Assembly: GCA_963924565.1 (NCBI GenBank)
Contig: OZ004615.1
Coordinates: 17,298,001-17,362,000, forward strand
Reading direction: 5' to 3'
DNA: 64,000 bases
DNA from: Ascidiella aspersa
Lineage: Eukaryota
Below, one piece after another: positions 62,101 to 64,000 of the stretch. A program made the position numbers and the translations under genes. Numbering within the stretch: position 1 is the first letter of the stretch; every line of letters starts with the position of its first letter. The notes beneath the pieces were generated by a model, which saw only the letters and a list, made by a program, of their open reading frames with translations, ran no database searches and was not told where the DNA came from.

Positions 62101-63993
62101 TGAAAAAAAAAAACAATAAAAAGTATGCACTATTGTTAAAACAATGATTTTGTGAACCAGCCTAAAGTACAATGGCTTAACACCATTTAAAAATATATAT
62201 TAAAATTAAATGATTTGTAAAAGTTTAATGATTTAAAGACAGGCAACATATGCAATAGGAAAATGAATCCCTTCTTAGAAATGAAGCATTAATGTATCAA
62301 ACCTCTTCTTAATGGTAGGAGTTTGTTTTCTAAAATAGCTTTTGCATCAGTTCCATCATCCATGAGATCAAGTTTGGTTATGACTCCGATAGTTCGCGAT
62401 CCTGCAAGTAAATACTTCCAATAACTATTTGGAATAAAATTTAGAGCTTCGACATTTTACCAAGAAAAATTTCACAGCATATTTAATAAGGAATTATCTC
62501 CGCTTGGGCGTTCTTAACTCAGTGGAACCTAAAAATATTCAAATGGTACACAAACATCTAGCATGTCGGTGTTATATTATACCAGCTTATATTACAATCC
62601 ATGTTTTTTTTCTATTTATAAAAACATAAATGTGCAGCTATAGCTTAAATATGATTTGTTTTTTATGACTTTTTTGGGCAAAACAATATCTTTTCGAACC
62701 AAGTTGATCGCAGTGACAGTAAAAAAGACAATAGATGGTGCACGACCACAATGGTTGACAACTACTGATTAAGGTAATCAGCAGACAACAAGAAAACAAT
62801 TGATAATGGTAACTAAGTATTTTTGTATCAAGTTACACTGTTTGTAGGAGAGTGAAAATTAATGGCAGAGTGTAATAAAAGATTTCCTTGAAAGGTAATT
62901 CTCTAAAGGCAAAGTACTTACATGGACACCAAGTTATATATAATGACAAATAGATTACTGAAAATATATAATGACAAATAGATTACTGAAATGCTGATAT
63001 TTGGTATTACCACAAAAGCACATTACACTTTTAATGGCAAAATATGGTAACACAAATCCTAAATACCAAACTATATCTAAAGTGTGCAACTATGCAGGCA
63101 TGTTATAACATGTAACAACAAAATATTGTCTTTAGCAACAATTTTGACCTGGAATTCTTAATTATGTTTATATTTTCCTAAGCAAGAAATTGCAGTTATG
63201 TAGTATTTTAGTTTTTTTATAAACTATGTGTATTAAGTGGTAAAAAAACAAAATAATACAGTAAAATCAGTATACTTTATAGACACTGCATATATTTTTA
63301 TTATAAATATTGCCAAATTAAACAAACCCTGGAATAAAAACAGGAACATTTTTAGGTTGTAAACTGGTCGATAACCATATACACAGTTTCACACCTTTTA
63401 ATATTCAAATGTTTACAACACACAGTAATAACACGACAGAAAAACCTTGCGGGTCGAATTCTTTTGCTACTTTCAGGGCATCAGAGTTGGCGAGATCAGC
63501 ATTAGCAGGAGACACAGCGAGGATGAGACAATTGTCTTTGGACACAAACTGAGCAATCATGTCTTTGATTTGGTTTTCTATGTCCGCCGGTTGGTCCCCT
63601 ACTGGGACCTTGGTGATTCCGGGCAAATCAACCAGGGTGAGGTTCAAAACTAACACAAAATAATAAAAACAATAAGACTGTGATGATATACACAGTATTT
63701 TTAACATACGCATCAAACACAGATTAAAATAGCAAAATTTTGTTTTTTTCTTGTAAAACAATTCACTTTGCTTTGTAAGGCACATACGCATATTTTCAAC
63801 AGATGTTTATTTTTATAATAACAAAATATCAACTCATCCCTACCATGTGGGGAATATACTCTAAGATTGATTGGGATTGCACTGATTCCTTTATTTGATC
63901 CAGTCATCCGATCTGTTTCTTCTTCAATCTCTTTTCTAATATCGTCAAAATTTGTAAACTTTTTCCCTTTGCAGTGTAGAAATTCACCCCATT
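47133..63993 (-). CDS. DNM: Classical dynamin (GTPase, middle/stalk, PH, GED, PRD), 5'-truncated by the window end
   Basis: Exons 63844-63993, 63446-63649 (LTLVDLPG), 62303-62401 (TKLD), 61629-61789, 61361-61503, 60975-61110, 59366-59500, 58847-58918, 58616-58702, [57606-57676 or 56928-56998], 56242-56296, 54274-54387 (VIRKGWL, PH), 53021-53151, 52567-52660, 51667-51843, 51201-51257, 50690-50800, 50087-50211, 47742-47918 (PRD) and 47133-47181 ([16 protein letters not shown]); all phase-consistent. Confidence 0.96.
49538..49700 (-). CDS. Putative alternative terminal exon of dynamin
   Basis: GC-rich island after a CAG acceptor; phase 2 matches the upstream donor; encodes [20 protein letters not shown]...[18 protein letters not shown]. 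Confidence 0.55.
53332..53645 (+). mobile_element. hAT-type MITE, family A, with an internal 40-bp tandem expansion
   Basis: CAGGGCTGCGGAGTCGG / CCGACTCCACAGCCCTG; the 40-bp unit is repeated 3.5 times at 53341-53481. Confidence 0.85.
55139..55566. mobile_element. Degenerate MITE with AATTCTA subterminal repeats
   Basis: Imperfect TIR AGACTTCAGCAACTAGA / TCTAGTTGTCCCAAGTCT; flanks TACACTGC / AACACAGC. Confidence 0.5.
56928..56998 (-). CDS. Dynamin mutually exclusive stalk exon B (canonical type)
   Basis: 71 nt, tag / gtaaaa; encodes [23 protein letters not shown](N). Confidence 0.9.
57606..57676 (-). CDS. Dynamin mutually exclusive stalk exon A (divergent type)
   Basis: 71 nt, ttcttag / gtaagt; encodes [23 protein letters not shown](A). 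Confidence 0.8.
59652..59965. repeat. Diverged tandem duplication (2 x ~157 bp) in a dynamin intron
   Basis: Units start ATAAATTCAACAGTTGACAAGC (59652) and ATAAATTCGACAGCTGACAAGC (59809) and align over their length. Confidence 0.8.
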
Positions 63994-64000
63994 CTGCAAA

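Overview
Eukaryotic, AT-rich, intron-rich genomic DNA from an invertebrate animal; the compact genes and dense hAT-type MITEs suggest an ascidian, but that is inference. I assembled the gene models by hand from splice sites and reading-frame phase. From left to right: (1) a 7-exon LRR single-pass membrane protein (-, 146-7777, ~614 aa); (2) an internally deleted Ty3/Gypsy, Mag-like LTR retrotransposon (10921-13769; 203-bp LTRs, CACAT target-site duplication, tRNA-Ser PBS); (3) a secreted alpha-carbonic-anhydrase-like protein missing two of three zinc ligands (-, 18775-24039); (4) RPL18 (+, 26401-30118, 188 aa); (5) a nest of hAT-type MITEs at ~31-32.6 kb; (6) a single-C2H2-finger protein (-, 34111-37074); (7) an intronless 719-aa degenerate TBC/coiled-coil protein (-, 38002-40161); (8) a possible small unannotated gene at ~42-43 kb; (9) classical dynamin (-, 47133 to beyond the window end). 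The most notable signal is the dynamin splicing architecture: a duplicated, obligatorily mutually exclusive 71-nt stalk exon at a position different from the vertebrate 10a/10b pair, an alternative terminal exon that would replace most of the proline-rich domain, a candidate 6-nt microexon and a GC-AG intron. No CRISPR array, rRNA or tRNA gene was found.
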